64,000 bases of DNA, taken from Promethearchaeota archaeon (GTDB lineage: Archaea; Asgardarchaeota; Lokiarchaeia; Sigyniarchaeales; SOKP01). The position numbers and the translations under genes were made by a program. Of this stretch, positions 50,269 to 61,554 are shown piece by piece. Location: NCBI GenBank assembly GCA_048937405.1, contig JBHLNF010000008.1, forward strand, positions 96,001 through 160,000, written 5' to 3'. Within the stretch, counting starts at the first letter, position 1, and each line of letters begins with the position of its first letter. The notes beneath the pieces were generated by a model. That model saw nothing but the letters and a program-made list of their open reading frames with translations, searched no databases and was not told the origin of the DNA.

Positions 50269-51321
50269 ATGAGTGTAAAGAATGAGAGTTCAAATATCAT
50301 CCGTTTGGCACATGGAGCTGGTGGTGTTTTACAAGAAGAATTAATAAAATTTATTACAAAAAATATTCCTTTTAAAAAGGTTAATAATGGAATTGGTGTT
50401 GAGGAATTAGATGATGGTGCTACAATTCCTTTAATTAACTATGAAAAAGAAATAGTTATTACGGCAGATGGTCACACGATTTATCCTCTATTTTTTCCAG
50501 GAGGAGATTTGGGATCTTTAAGTGTATGTGGAACAGTTAATGATCTTTTAATGATGGGAGCAGAACCAATAGCTTTAACATCAATAATAACTATTGAGGA
50601 GGGATTTGAATTTGATACCCTCGAAAAAATTGTTAATTCAATGAATAAAAGCGCAAAAGAAGCGAATATAGCGATTATTGCCGGAGATACAAAAGTAATG
50701 CCAAGAGGTAGTTTGAATGAAATGATTATAGCAACAACGGGTATTGGGTTTAAAGATAAAACTATTCAAATTTTAGATAATAATTTAAAGCCAGGTGACG
50801 AGATTATTCTAACTGGGAGTATTGGAGATCATGGTACAGCATTAATGGCTTCTCGAGAAGGCTTAAATATATCTACTGATTTAGAATCTGATATTTCACT
50901 CTTACTTGATATTTATAATGTATTAACATTAGATATTAAAAATAATTATATTCATGCTATGAAGGATCCCACACGTGGAGGTTTAGCAGCTGCTTTAAAT
51001 GATTGGGCAAATAAATCAAATGTTAGTATTTGGATTAATGAGGAAGATATTCCTATCAAAAAACAAGTTAATGCGATATGTGATATGCTAGGGCTAGATC
51101 CCTATAATATAGCTTGCGAGGGTAGAGCTCTGTTATCAGTTGATAGTAAATATTCGCAAAATATCTTGGAGAAAATAAAATCAACTCGAAATGGAAAAGA
51201 TGCCAAAATTATTGGAAAAGTCAAAGTAAAGGAGTCTAAAAAAGTGTTTTTAAAAACAATTGTAGGCGGGACCAGATTTCTAGATATGCCTTTAGGTGAA
51301 CCAATTCCTCGGATTTGTTGA
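50269..51321 (+). CDS. hypE: Hydrogenase maturation protein HypE
   Basis: LAHGAGG, PLFFPGGDLG, GDTKV, KDPTRGG, C-terminal PRIC. Confidence 0.97.
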   Translation: MSVKNESSNIIRLAHGAGGVLQEELIKFITKNIPFKKVNNGIGVEELDDGATIPLINYEKEIVITADGHTIYPLFFPGGDLGSLSVCGTVNDLLMMGAEPIALTSIITIEEGFEFDTLEKIVNSMNKSAKEANIAIIAGDTKVMPRGSLNEMIIATTGIGFKDKTIQILDNNLKPGDEIILTGSIGDHGTALMASREGLNISTDLESDISLLLDIYNVLTLDIKNNYIHAMKDPTRGGLAAALNDWANKSNVSIWINEEDIPIKKQVNAICDMLGLDPYNIACEGRALLSVDSKYSQNILEKIKSTRNGKDAKIIGKVKVKESKKVFLKTIVGGTRFLDMPLGEPIPRIC

Positions 51322-51334
51322 TGGGTGGAAAAAA

Positions 51335-52429
51335 ATGGATATACCAGGATTAGAAATATTGAGAAGTAAGAATTTCACAGATAGAGTTTTAAAATCAATA
51401 AGAAATGTATTTAAAGAAATTGGAAAATCCGTTAAATTTATGCATGTTTGTGGAACACATGAACATACTATTTCCAAATATGGACTCAGAACTCTTTTAC
51501 CAAAGGATATTGAAATATTATCAGGTCCAGGGTGCCCAGTGTGCATATGTCCCGCTGCTGATATTGATAAAGCAGTTGAACTTGGAAAACGAAATGATAC
51601 TATAATCGTAACTTTCGGTGATATGATACGAGTTCCTGCATCAAATATATCATTAGCCGAACTTAAGGCAAAAGGTGCCGATATAAGGATTGTATATGGT
51701 CCTCATGATGCCATTAAAATTGCCAGAGAAAATCCAGAAAAGCAAACAATTTTTTTCGCAATTGGATTTGAAACTACTGTTCCATTGATTGGTTATGAAT
51801 TACAATCAGGACCTCCTTCAAATTTCTCAATAATTTGTGCTCATAAATTAATACCTGCTGCTTTAGAACTTTTAATGAGTCAATCTAAATTAAATATCGA
51901 TGGTTTTATTTCTCCTGGTCATGTATCAGCTATAATAGGAAAAAAACCTTATGAAATTTTTTCCCAAGGTTATAAAATTCCCAATGTGATATCCGGGTTT
52001 GAGCCAAATGATGTATTACTCTCAATTTTAATGCTTTTGATACAAGTGCGAGACAAAAAATATGACACTTTAAATGAATATTCTAGAGTCGTAAAACCCG
52101 AAGGTAATCTAATTGCTCAAAACATAATACATGATGTTTTTAGACCTGTTTCATCACCATGGAGAGGAATCGGGAGAGTTAATGAGGGTGGTTTGGTTAT
52201 CAGAGAAAAATATAGCGATTTTGATGCTGATAAAAAGTTTGATATAAAAATTGAAAAGTCTCAAGATATTCCTCCAGGATGTTCTTGTCATCTTATTATG
52301 GTTGGAAAATTATATCCTTATGAATGTAAATTATTCAGAAAAGAGTGTACTCCTATCAATCCAATAGGACCATGTATGGTTTCAATGGAAGGGACTTGTA
52401 GTATCTATTACAAGTATCATGAGAAATAG
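51335..52429 (+). CDS. hypD: Hydrogenase maturation protein HypD
   Basis: MHVCGTHEH, GPGCPVC, GFETT, PGHVS, GPCMVSMEGTC; likely start ATG at 51335. Confidence 0.97.
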   Translation: MDIPGLEILRSKNFTDRVLKSIRNVFKEIGKSVKFMHVCGTHEHTISKYGLRTLLPKDIEILSGPGCPVCICPAADIDKAVELGKRNDTIIVTFGDMIRVPASNISLAELKAKGADIRIVYGPHDAIKIARENPEKQTIFFAIGFETTVPLIGYELQSGPPSNFSIICAHKLIPAALELLMSQSKLNIDGFISPGHVSAIIGKKPYEIFSQGYKIPNVISGFEPNDVLLSILMLLIQVRDKKYDTLNEYSRVVKPEGNLIAQNIIHDVFRPVSSPWRGIGRVNEGGLVIREKYSDFDADKKFDIKIEKSQDIPPGCSCHLIMVGKLYPYECKLFRKECTPINPIGPCMVSMEGTCSIYYKYHEK

Positions 52430-52625
52430 TTCTAATATCTCATAATAATATCATTTAATTTTTAATTATTTCTTGAATTATTGAATAAAGGCTTATTGGT
52501 TTATAATTGTATATATCCACAATAATTAGATAAAAAACATGAAATTTATGCCTTTTTCAATTTTTTTCAATCTTTAATTTAAAAATCAGTTGATTTAAAT
52601 TTCTTTCAAATTTTAATTTATTTGA

Positions 52626-55016
52626 ATGGCTGAAAAAACTGTTGAAATTAATATTGATGGTATTGTTCAAGGAGTAGGATTCCGTCCATTTTTATTTAAT
52701 TTAGCAAGATATTTAGAATTAAAAGGTTTTATTTTAAACCGAGGAAATGCAGGAGTTCGCCTTATACTTCAAGGAAATGAGGATATATTAAATGAATTTA
52801 TTGAAAATATAAATAAAAAAGCTCCTAAAATATCTTATATTGAGAATATAAGCACTAGAGATATAGAAAATCAAAGCAAATATAATGATTTAATAATTAA
52901 ACCAAGTGAACAAGGCAGGGGTATAAGTCTTACATTACCACCAGATGTTGCTATTTGTGATAATTGTTTAAATGAAATGATAAATCAAGATAAAAAAAGA
53001 TTCTATAGATATCCTTTTATAGCATGTGCTCAATGTGGTCCACGTTTTACAACTGTAAACGAATTACCTTATGATAGAGAAAGGACTACAATGAAAAGTT
53101 TTCCATTTTGTAATTCATGTCAAAGTGATTATTCAGACTTTAATAATAGAAGATTTCATGCCCAGACTTTTGCATGTTCTGTTTGCGGTCCAAATTATCA
53201 ATTATATGACAAGAATAAAACGAAAATTATAAAATCATCAATACAAGATATTTTGATAGAAGTTACAGATAGAATAAATAATGGTGAAGTAATTGCTATT
53301 AAAGGAATTGGTGGCGTTCACTTGGTATGTCTGGCAAATAACGATGATATAATTTTAGAACTTAGGTCAAGGAAAGGTGGAAGAAAATATAAACCGTTTG
53401 CATTAATGATTCCAAATTTGAGACTAATCGAAAAAGAATTCAATATCTCTCAAGAAGAGAAAGAAATACTATTATCATTTCGTAGACCAATTGTATTATT
53501 GGAACGTAAGGAGAAGATAGAAACTTCCATAATAAGTGATTGGGTAGCTCCTGGACTAAACAATGTAGGGTTCATGCTTCCATATACGGGGATTCATTAT
53601 TTATTATTTGATTTAATCGGGAATAAACCCTTGGTTTACACAAGTGGTAATAGATCAAATATTCCAATGGGAATTGATAATAATACAATTTTTGAGCAAC
53701 TAAAAGAACTAGCTGATGTATTTTTATTGCACAATCGAGAGATTTATCAAAGAGCTGATGATAGTGTTTTAAGAGTTCATGATAATAAGATAAAATTAAT
53801 TAGAAGATCAAGAGGTTTTGTTCCAGAATATTTACCTTTACCATTTGAAGTAGATCTAACTGGAGCATTAGCTGTGGGGCCTGAACTAGCAGTTACCGGA
53901 GCAATTTTACGCAAAAATCGAATATTTCCTACTCAACATATTGGAAATGTTACTCACTTAGAAACTTATAATTTTCTAAAAGATGCTCTGTTTCATATGA
54001 AGGATCTCTTACAAGTTAAGAATTCTGAATTAGAATTTATTGTCTGTGATGCTCATCCTGCTTTTATAACAACAAAATTAGGTAAAGATTTAGCAAGTCA
54101 ATTTAAAATTCCTTTATACTCAGTACAGCATCATTACGCCCATATTTTAAGTCTTATGGTAGAAAATGAAATTGAATTAGATGAAAAAATTATAGGTATA
54201 AGTACTGATGGTGTTGGGTATGGAGATGATGGTAATATTTGGGGTGGAGAAATTTTGCTTTCTTCATATAATGATTATAAACGTCTAGGATCATTACAAT
54301 ATCAACCGATGGTAGGAGGAGATCGTTGTACAAAATATCCTGCTAGGATGGCAGCTTCTATCATACTTAATACTTTAAGTGTGGATGAATCTTTAAGAAT
54401 CTTCAAAAAAATAGCGTTGCAAAATGATTTAGAATATAAAGGAAAAGAATTGAAAACTTTAGTTTCTCAATTCAATAATGCCAATAAAAAATTTCCATCA
54501 GAAAATATTCCTTTATCGAGTTCAACGGGGAGAATATTTGATACAGTGTCTTATCTTTTAGGAGCATCGAAAATTAAAACATATAGAGGAGAACCCGCAA
54601 TGAGACTCGAAAGTTTAGCTTCAAAAGGAACTCCAAATAATATAAATTTTAAAATTGAATCTTATAAAAAAAATGGATTACATATAATTGATACATCAAA
54701 AATAATATTTGATATCCTTACTTTGCTTGAAAATTCAAAAAATGAACGAAGGGATATTGCAGCAAAATTTCAAATTGAAATAGGAAATGCATTTACAGAA
54801 GTTGCCATCGAAGTTGCTAAAGAAAACCAAATAGAGTATATAGGATTAACTGGCGGTGTAGCATATAATTACTCGTTTTCCGAAATTATTAAAGAAAAAG
54901 TGAATAGTGAAGGTTTTATTTTTTTAGAACATAATTTAATTGCGCCTGGAGATGCTGGTATAAGTACAGGACAATTAATTGGTGGATTATTTCAACATTT
55001 CAAGAATGATTATTAA
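52626..55016 (+). CDS. hypF: Carbamoyltransferase HypF
   Basis: GIVQGVGFRPF, zinc-finger CxxC pairs, KGIGG, QHHYAH, DGVGYG, GDAGISTGQ. Confidence 0.97.
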   Translation: MAEKTVEINIDGIVQGVGFRPFLFNLARYLELKGFILNRGNAGVRLILQGNEDILNEFIENINKKAPKISYIENISTRDIENQSKYNDLIIKPSEQGRGISLTLPPDVAICDNCLNEMINQDKKRFYRYPFIACAQCGPRFTTVNELPYDRERTTMKSFPFCNSCQSDYSDFNNRRFHAQTFACSVCGPNYQLYDKNKTKIIKSSIQDILIEVTDRINNGEVIAIKGIGGVHLVCLANNDDIILELRSRKGGRKYKPFALMIPNLRLIEKEFNISQEEKEILLSFRRPIVLLERKEKIETSIISDWVAPGLNNVGFMLPYTGIHYLLFDLIGNKPLVYTSGNRSNIPMGIDNNTIFEQLKELADVFLLHNREIYQRADDSVLRVHDNKIKLIRRSRGFVPEYLPLPFEVDLTGALAVGPELAVTGAILRKNRIFPTQHIGNVTHLETYNFLKDALFHMKDLLQVKNSELEFIVCDAHPAFITTKLGKDLASQFKIPLYSVQHHYAHILSLMVENEIELDEKIIGISTDGVGYGDDGNIWGGEILLSSYNDYKRLGSLQYQPMVGGDRCTKYPARMAASIILNTLSVDESLRIFKKIALQNDLEYKGKELKTLVSQFNNANKKFPSENIPLSSSTGRIFDTVSYLLGASKIKTYRGEPAMRLESLASKGTPNNINFKIESYKKNGLHIIDTSKIIFDILTLLENSKNERRDIAAKFQIEIGNAFTEVAIEVAKENQIEYIGLTGGVAYNYSFSEIIKEKVNSEGFIFLEHNLIAPGDAGISTGQLIGGLFQHFKNDY

Positions 55017-55204
55017 TCTTACTATAAATAAACAAATAAAAAGCCTTTTATCATCTTGATAAAACCATAGAAATCAATAATACATATTTTTGCATTGATT
55101 TTGAAATATACTAGAAATTCTAAGATCTAATTAAAGCTATTAAATTATCTAAAGAATAATTTTTCTCTTATTGCTGGGTTGGGTTAGAATAGAATGTAAA
55201 AAAA

Positions 55205-56728
55205 TTAATTTCTGCTTTTTACAATAGAATCTTCTAATTCTGCTAATTTTTGAATAGATTTGAGGGGATATTTACCTGTCAAACATGCTAGGCATAATTC
55301 ATTTTTAGTTTTTCTAATAGCTTGAGTTAAATTATCTATTGTTTGATATACCAATGAATCTGATCCGATAACTTGTTGAATCGCTTTTATATAATTATCG
55401 CCATGCTGAAATTGAAGCCTTCCCGCAATTAATTCATTCGTTGTAGGAAAGTCAATTCCCATATAGCATGGGCTAATAATTGGAGGGCAACTTACTCTTA
55501 AATGTACATGTTTTGCTCCTCCTTTTTCTCTTAATAATGATACTATTTGCTGAGTTGTCGTTCCTCTCACAATCGAATCATCTAATAAAATAACGTCTTT
55601 ATCTTTAACAATATTCTTTATAGGATTTAATTTCTCTTTTACTGCAATTTTGCGTCTTGATTGACTAGGCATAATAAATGTTCTATGTACATATCGATTT
55701 TTCATTAATCCTTCAATATAAGGAAGTTTTGCTTCTTTAGCATAACCTACAGCAACACTTCGACCCGAATCCGGAACTGGAACCACAATTGCATTTTTAT
55801 ATATCTCAGGATTTTTCAAAATAGGATCATTCTTAGCTAAATTCATACCTAATTGTAATCTCGCTTCTGCTACTGAAATTCCATCAATAATAGAATCAGG
55901 TCTTGCGAAGTAGACATATTCAAATTGACATATAGCTGTTCTGTTAATTTTTATTTCATATTCGGAATGAATATCTTTCTGATGACTCAAATGTACAATT
56001 TCTCCTGGTTTTACATCTCTTAAAAAGAAACCTCCAACCGTATCAATCGCACAAGATTCAGATGCAACAAAGTAGAGATTTCTTTGTTCAGTTTTTAATT
56101 CTCCTATACATAAAGGTTTAAATCCTAATGGATCTCTAATAGCATAAATATCACCCTCTGATGTCATCAATATTAAAGAATAAGAACCATCCAATAATTT
56201 ACTAGCTAGTTTAAGGACTTCGGGCCAATTTTCAGTTCCTAATGCAATTGATCCAATTAATTGAGCCAAAACTTCAGTATCAGTATTAGTGATAAAAACA
56301 CGTCCCATCTCATCCATTTTCTTTTTAATTTCATCAAAATTAGCTATTGTTCCATTAAAAGCCATAGAAAATTCAATTTCATTGTTTTTAAAATGAAATG
56401 GTTGCATATAGAGAGACGATTTAAATCCTACAGCACCAGTTGTCGCATATCTGGTATGTCCAATACCTACATTTCCCCAATATTGTGAAATAATTTTTTC
56501 ATTTAATACCTTAGAAACTAAACCATTCTTTTTATACGTAAATATTCTTCCACCAGTTTTTAAGAGAGAGATTCCTGTAGATTCTTGTCCCCGATGCTGT
56601 AAGGCGATTAATCCTCTATATAAATAATTTGAGACTGAATATCCAAGATCATCACATGTTACACCAAAAATGGCACAATACTCTCTTGGTTTTTCTCTAA
56701 TTTGTTTTATTCTTTTTTTAAATTGCAT
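55205..56728 (-). CDS. purF: Amidophosphoribosyltransferase
   Basis: PREYCAIFG, LQHRGQES, GHTRYATTG, FEYVYFARPDS, LDDSIVRGTT, CLACLTGKYP. Confidence 0.97.
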   Translation of the reverse strand: MQFKKRIKQIREKPREYCAIFGVTCDDLGYSVSNYLYRGLIALQHRGQESTGISLLKTGGRIFTYKKNGLVSKVLNEKIISQYWGNVGIGHTRYATTGAVGFKSSLYMQPFHFKNNEIEFSMAFNGTIANFDEIKKKMDEMGRVFITNTDTEVLAQLIGSIALGTENWPEVLKLASKLLDGSYSLILMTSEGDIYAIRDPLGFKPLCIGELKTEQRNLYFVASESCAIDTVGGFFLRDVKPGEIVHLSHQKDIHSEYEIKINRTAICQFEYVYFARPDSIIDGISVAEARLQLGMNLAKNDPILKNPEIYKNAIVVPVPDSGRSVAVGYAKEAKLPYIEGLMKNRYVHRTFIMPSQSRRKIAVKEKLNPIKNIVKDKDVILLDDSIVRGTTTQQIVSLLREKGGAKHVHLRVSCPPIISPCYMGIDFPTTNELIAGRLQFQHGDNYIKAIQQVIGSDSLVYQTIDNLTQAIRKTKNELCLACLTGKYPLKSIQKLAELEDSIVKSRN

Positions 56729-56836
56729 AATTTTAGATATATTTAGAGAATCAGTTTTAATATCTTCAATTAATTTAAATCATATAAAATTTTTAATTAT
56801 TAGTTTAATAGTACATTAATTTTTTTACTGAATAAA

Positions 56837-57505
56837 GTGTCAAAAATAAGTAATTATTCTAAGTCTATAGCAATAACTATTTTAATTGGAGGTAAGAGTA
56901 CTCGATTTGGGAATGATAAAGGACTATTCGAATTTAATAATAAATCTTTAATATCATATCAATTAGACACATTGAAACAAGGGAATTTTGATATTTTTCT
57001 GGTTGCTCATTCATCAAAACAAGTTCAAAATTATATTGATAATATTGATATATCTCAAATTATGGCATTTATTATTGATACTGATTTTTTTATCGCAGAT
57101 TCAAGTAAGCGAACTCCATTATTAGGAATTTATTCTGGATTTAAAGAATTACTTAATCTTGGATATCAAAAATCTCTTGTATTACCATGTGATATACCTC
57201 TAATTAATCTTGATTTTGTTAAGTTATTAATAACAGAATCTTTAGAATATGATTGTTGTATTCCTATTTGGGAAAATAATCTTTTAGAGCCATTAATTGC
57301 AGTATATTCTATTGAAAAAACCTTGATAAAAGCAGAAAAGAATCTTAAAGAAGAAAATTTCAAATTGATTAATTTATTGGATGATGAATGGAATATCAAA
57401 TATCTTTCTATTGAGAGAGTTATCTCAAGAATAGATAAGGGATTATTCTCATTTATTAATATAAATGAACAATCTGATTTAATAAAATTAAAAAAAAATT
57501 TTTAA
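56837..57505 (+). CDS. mobA: Molybdenum/tungsten cofactor guanylyltransferase
   Basis: LIGGKSTRFGNDKG, PLLGI, PCDIP, EPLIAVY, FININ. Confidence 0.9.
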   Translation: MSKISNYSKSIAITILIGGKSTRFGNDKGLFEFNNKSLISYQLDTLKQGNFDIFLVAHSSKQVQNYIDNIDISQIMAFIIDTDFFIADSSKRTPLLGIYSGFKELLNLGYQKSLVLPCDIPLINLDFVKLLITESLEYDCCIPIWENNLLEPLIAVYSIEKTLIKAEKNLKEENFKLINLLDDEWNIKYLSIERVISRIDKGLFSFININEQSDLIKLKKNF

Positions 57506-57536
57506 AAAAATATATAAAAATTTTTGAATAACGCTT

Positions 57537-58028
57537 TTAAAATCCTTCTGGACCCATTATTCCTCCAATTAGACCTAAGACTCCACCACCTAGCATAAGA
57601 TAAGTTCCAAGTGAAATCTCAATAAAATCTCCACCACCAAGAGGGAGATCAAAAGGAATAATGTTCTCCACTAACGCTTCATCATACGCAAATACTCCAA
57701 CATATTTGCCAATTTCTGTTATGTCTAAGATATCAAAGCCAACAAGGATAAAGTATACCGCAAATACAATTGCTAATATACCTCCAATTATACTAGGTAC
57801 TCGACTCTTTACCCCTAATATAATCAAAACTCCTGAAAGCATAACAACAATGAAAACAATTGTTAATATAATAACGTCCATATCAGCATTTTCAAAAATG
57901 TCTCCTATATTTTGGAATAATCCAATATAATAATAGTAATATATTGCATCCGAGGCAAATGATAGTAGAAATGTGGTTGCAAGTGTTATTATACCTCCAA
58001 TGATACATAAGATTTTTCCAGCACCCAT
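57537..58028 (-). CDS. Gly-rich multi-pass membrane protein
   Basis: Four hydrophobic segments; GGGVLGLIGGIMG C-terminus. Confidence 0.7.
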   Translation of the reverse strand: MGAGKILCIIGGIITLATTFLLSFASDAIYYYYYIGLFQNIGDIFENADMDVIILTIVFIVVMLSGVLIILGVKSRVPSIIGGILAIVFAVYFILVGFDILDITEIGKYVGVFAYDEALVENIIPFDLPLGGGDFIEISLGTYLMLGGGVLGLIGGIMGPEGF

Positions 58029-58181
58029 AATTTTACACTTTTCTTTTATTTTTTTTTTTATTTTTTATTTTTAAATTTTAATTTTTAATAATAAATAGAT
58101 TAATTTATATATATAATCTTATTCAGTTTTTTGACATTTCAAGAGTAAAATATAAAGTCATGATTTAATGATTCATTTAAG

Positions 58182-58675
58182 TTAGTACTTAAATGATGTA
58201 ATTATTCCACCTATAAACCCCATTATTCCACCATTCAACATAAAATATATCCCATTAGAAACTTTAATATCAGAAGTTTCCCCCCTAATTGATACATCTA
58301 AAGGAATAATATCATCTATTAATGACTCTTTAGCAAAAACATTAATATATTGACCAAAATTACTTGATACTATATTATATATAGAAAATATAAAATAAAT
58401 CGTAAAAGTAATTGCTAAGATTGATCCTACTATACAAGCTGTTTGATTTTTTACTCCCATTAGAATTAGAATCCCTGAGAGCATGATTATTATGAAGATT
58501 AATATCAAGATTATCAGAAACAAATCATCAGATTGAAAAACTAAAGCTAAATCTGAGAATAAAACTAAATAATAAAAATTGAGTGCCACATCATAGCATA
58601 GGCAAAGGAGAATAAAAACGTTGCTGTTATTGCTAGTATTCATCCTAAAACACATAAAATTTTCCCAGTTCCCAT
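58182..58675 (-). pseudogene. Disrupted tandem paralogue of 57537..58028
   Basis: ATG at 58675 gives MGTGKILCVLG*ILAITATFLFSFA (paralogue MGAGKILCIIGGIITLATTFLLSFA): a TGA at a Gly position (58642-58640), then a frameshift into the frame of the tracked ORF. Confidence 0.82.
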
Positions 58676-58897
58676 GCATTATCATTATAATAGGATTTTT
58701 ATTAAACTGAGATTATAATAAGAAACATAAATATAAATGAAATTTTCCTATTTTATGAATTATCTGATATATGAATAGCTAAATGAAGGATTGCATTATA
58801 AATTTAAAAATTTCAATATTGTATAAAAAAGTTAAAAATACAAACCGTTCTAGTTAGGAATTTAAGGCAATTATTAATTAATCCAAAAAATAATTCA

Positions 58898-59275
58898 TTA
58901 CGACTTAATAACCAACTGATTAACAATATTCTGAATAATAATTAATAAATTCTGCATTTTGAAGGGTTTTTCTAGAAATTCACTTGCTCCAAGCGATAAA
59001 GCTTTTTGTTTTATAGTTATATCGGCACTCGCAAAAATTATTTTCTCAGTATTATTAATTTCCAAAATTTCTACCATTGCATCTAATCCATTTTTTATTG
59101 GCATTCTATGATCCATTAAAATTAAATCAGGTTTTATATCAAGTTTCTTGTATTTCTTAATAGCATCTTCTCCATTAATTGCTACATCAATAATCTCAAA
59201 ACCAGCTTCTTTTAATATGAGAGCATATAATCTCTGAAGTGACTGATCATCATCAACAATAAAAATTTTGACCAT
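58898..59275 (-). CDS. Single-domain response regulator (CheY-like receiver)
   Basis: IVDDD, PDLILMDHRMP, ASA, EKPF. Confidence 0.93.
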   Translation of the reverse strand: MVKIFIVDDDQSLQRLYALILKEAGFEIIDVAINGEDAIKKYKKLDIKPDLILMDHRMPIKNGLDAMVEILEINNTEKIIFASADITIKQKALSLGASEFLEKPFKMQNLLIIIQNIVNQLVIKS

Positions 59276-59563
59276 TAATTTATACCTATTTATGATTAGA
59301 GGTAATCTAGATACTTAATTTCTTATCGTGAACCCTTTACGTAATTATGCTATGAGTTAAAATATTCAAAGAAAAACTTTTATTTAAGTTTAGACATATA
59401 CAAAAAAGTAGTGAATTTTATAGCAAATGAACTACCATTATCCCTTAAAATTTATAATAAATCTTTATAAAAATAATAGATTCTTTAAATTATTGGAATT
59501 ATTTCGAATATTATTAATTGCAAAATTGTAAAATACTAATAGATATTAACTAGATGAATTACG

Positions 59564-61285
59564 ATGAAAGATTTAATAATTAAAAATGGCTTAGTATATG
59601 ATCCACTAAATAATATTGACGGTGAAAAAAAAGAAATTCATATAAAAAATGGTGTTATAGTGGAAAGTGTTAATGGAGATGCAAAAGTATTAGATGCCTC
59701 TGGTATGATCGTTATGCCTGGAGGGGTTGATATTCATGCGCATATAGCAGGTACTAAAGTTAATGCAGGTCGCTCATTTCGACCAGATGATAAACTCGAA
59801 GAATTCAATGAGAAGAGAACGAAAATAACTCGAAGTGGAACAGGTTGGTCTGTCCCATCAACATGGACAACAGGATATAGATATGCCAGGATGGGATATA
59901 CTACAGTTGTAGAACCTGCAATGCCATTATTGAAAGCACGACATACTCATGAAGAGTTTCTCGATACTCCAATAATAGATACTTGTGCATTTCCATTATT
60001 TGGGAATAATTGGTTCGTGATGGAATATATAAAAAAAAAAGATTATGAAAAACTCGCAGCTTATATCGCTTGGATTTTAAAAGTAACCAAAGGGTATGCT
60101 GTAAAAATAGTAAATCCAGGGGGTGTTGAAAATTGGGCATGGGGTCAAAATGTAGCATCTCTAGACGACCATGTCTTTCATTTTGAAGTTACACCAAGAG
60201 AAATCTTAGAAAGCTTAGCAAAAGTTAATGAAATCCTTAAATTACCACATACTATTCATGTACATGCTAATAATTTGGGACATCCCGGTAATAAAGAACA
60301 TACACTTGAAACTTTTAAAGCTGTTGAGAAGATTAAACCAAAGGATGGAAGAAAATCCGCTTTTCATTTGACTCATTGCCAATTTAATGCATATGGAGGT
60401 ACTAGTTGGACAGATTTCGAATCTGGAGCTGCTGATATTGCTGAATATTTGAATTCACATGAGCATTTAACTATTGACGTGGGTCAAGTAATTTTTGGTA
60501 AAGCAGCAACAACTACAATGACCGCGGACGGTCCCTGGGAGTTTGCTTTACATCATATCGGCGGAACAAGTAACTGGGGTTGCCGTCCAGGAATAAAATG
60601 GATCAACGGGCAAGTAGAGGGAGAATCTGGGTCAGGCATTGTACCTTATCAATTTAGTCCAAAAGTTGCTGTTAACGCCATTCAATGGGCTGTTGGTCTT
60701 GAACTCATGCTTCTAACTAAGAATCCTTGGCAAGTTTTCATGACTACCGATCATCCAAATGGAGGGCCATTTACATCATATCCTCAAATTATTCGTTGGT
60801 TAATGGATAAAAAATCGAGAGATGATGTTCTCTTGAATCAATGTTCTAAAAGAGCATCCGAGAGAACAGAATTAAAAGATATAGATCGTGAATTGAATTT
60901 ATATGAAATTTGTACTATTTCACGAGCAGGAACTGCTAAATGTTTGGGCATGACTGATAGAGGTCATTTAAGTATTGGAGCAATAGGTGATATTGCTATT
61001 TATAATTTGGATCCAAAAAAGATGGATGGGCATGCTATAGAAAAAGCATTCACATCAGCAGCGTATACGATAAAAGATGGTCAAATTGTTGTTAAAAACG
61101 GAGAAATAACGGCAACACCAATGGGTACTACTCTCTGTGCTGAAGGAAAAATTGAAGAAAATGAGATTGAAGCTTTAATAGCTGATGTTAAAACACACTG
61201 GCGCAATCATTATAGTATTAACTTTAATAATTATGCAATTGGGGACTACTATACTCCAAAAATGAAAATTATAAACAGTACTTAA
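59564..61285 (+). CDS. fwdA: Formylmethanofuran dehydrogenase subunit A
   Basis: PGGVDIHAH, YARMGYTT, KIVNPGG, HVHANNLGHPGN, TTDHPNG. Confidence 0.95.
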   Translation: MKDLIIKNGLVYDPLNNIDGEKKEIHIKNGVIVESVNGDAKVLDASGMIVMPGGVDIHAHIAGTKVNAGRSFRPDDKLEEFNEKRTKITRSGTGWSVPSTWTTGYRYARMGYTTVVEPAMPLLKARHTHEEFLDTPIIDTCAFPLFGNNWFVMEYIKKKDYEKLAAYIAWILKVTKGYAVKIVNPGGVENWAWGQNVASLDDHVFHFEVTPREILESLAKVNEILKLPHTIHVHANNLGHPGNKEHTLETFKAVEKIKPKDGRKSAFHLTHCQFNAYGGTSWTDFESGAADIAEYLNSHEHLTIDVGQVIFGKAATTTMTADGPWEFALHHIGGTSNWGCRPGIKWINGQVEGESGSGIVPYQFSPKVAVNAIQWAVGLELMLLTKNPWQVFMTTDHPNGGPFTSYPQIIRWLMDKKSRDDVLLNQCSKRASERTELKDIDRELNLYEICTISRAGTAKCLGMTDRGHLSIGAIGDIAIYNLDPKKMDGHAIEKAFTSAAYTIKDGQIVVKNGEITATPMGTTLCAEGKIEENEIEALIADVKTHWRNHYSINFNNYAIGDYYTPKMKIINST

Positions 61286-61410
61286 TTTTTCATTTTAATC
61301 AAAAGGAAAAATTAATTCCTAATTAAAATAATACTCTTTAATTTACTTGAAATTAACCTTATTGAAGGAATAAACTAATTTAAAAAATCAAAGAATTTTC
61401 GTTTTAAAAT

Positions 61411-61510
61411 TTATTAAATTTTTAAAGAATTTTGCATTTTTTTGAAATAATGAGCGATATCTTTTCACTTGAGACTTTATGAGTATCCATTTCTTTAGTA
61501 GTATGAATAT
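61411..61510 (-). pseudogene. Frameshifted remnant of the 3' end of the 62361..62612 gene
   Basis: IHTTKEMDTHKVSSEK/(frameshift)/IAHYFKKMQNSLKI* versus IYITEKEDIDKISSDKNIHHYFKKMQNSSKI*; shared DNA aagaattttgcatttttttgaaataatga. Confidence 0.72.
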
Positions 61511-61554
61511 ATAAAAGATTATTTTTTTAAATTTAACACATAGGAGTTAAACAA

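Noticed and set aside
58640-58642. In-frame TGA as a possible selenocysteine codon
   Set aside because: It aligns to Gly in the intact paralogue, is followed by a frameshift and has no SECIS-like hairpin; it is a nonsense mutation
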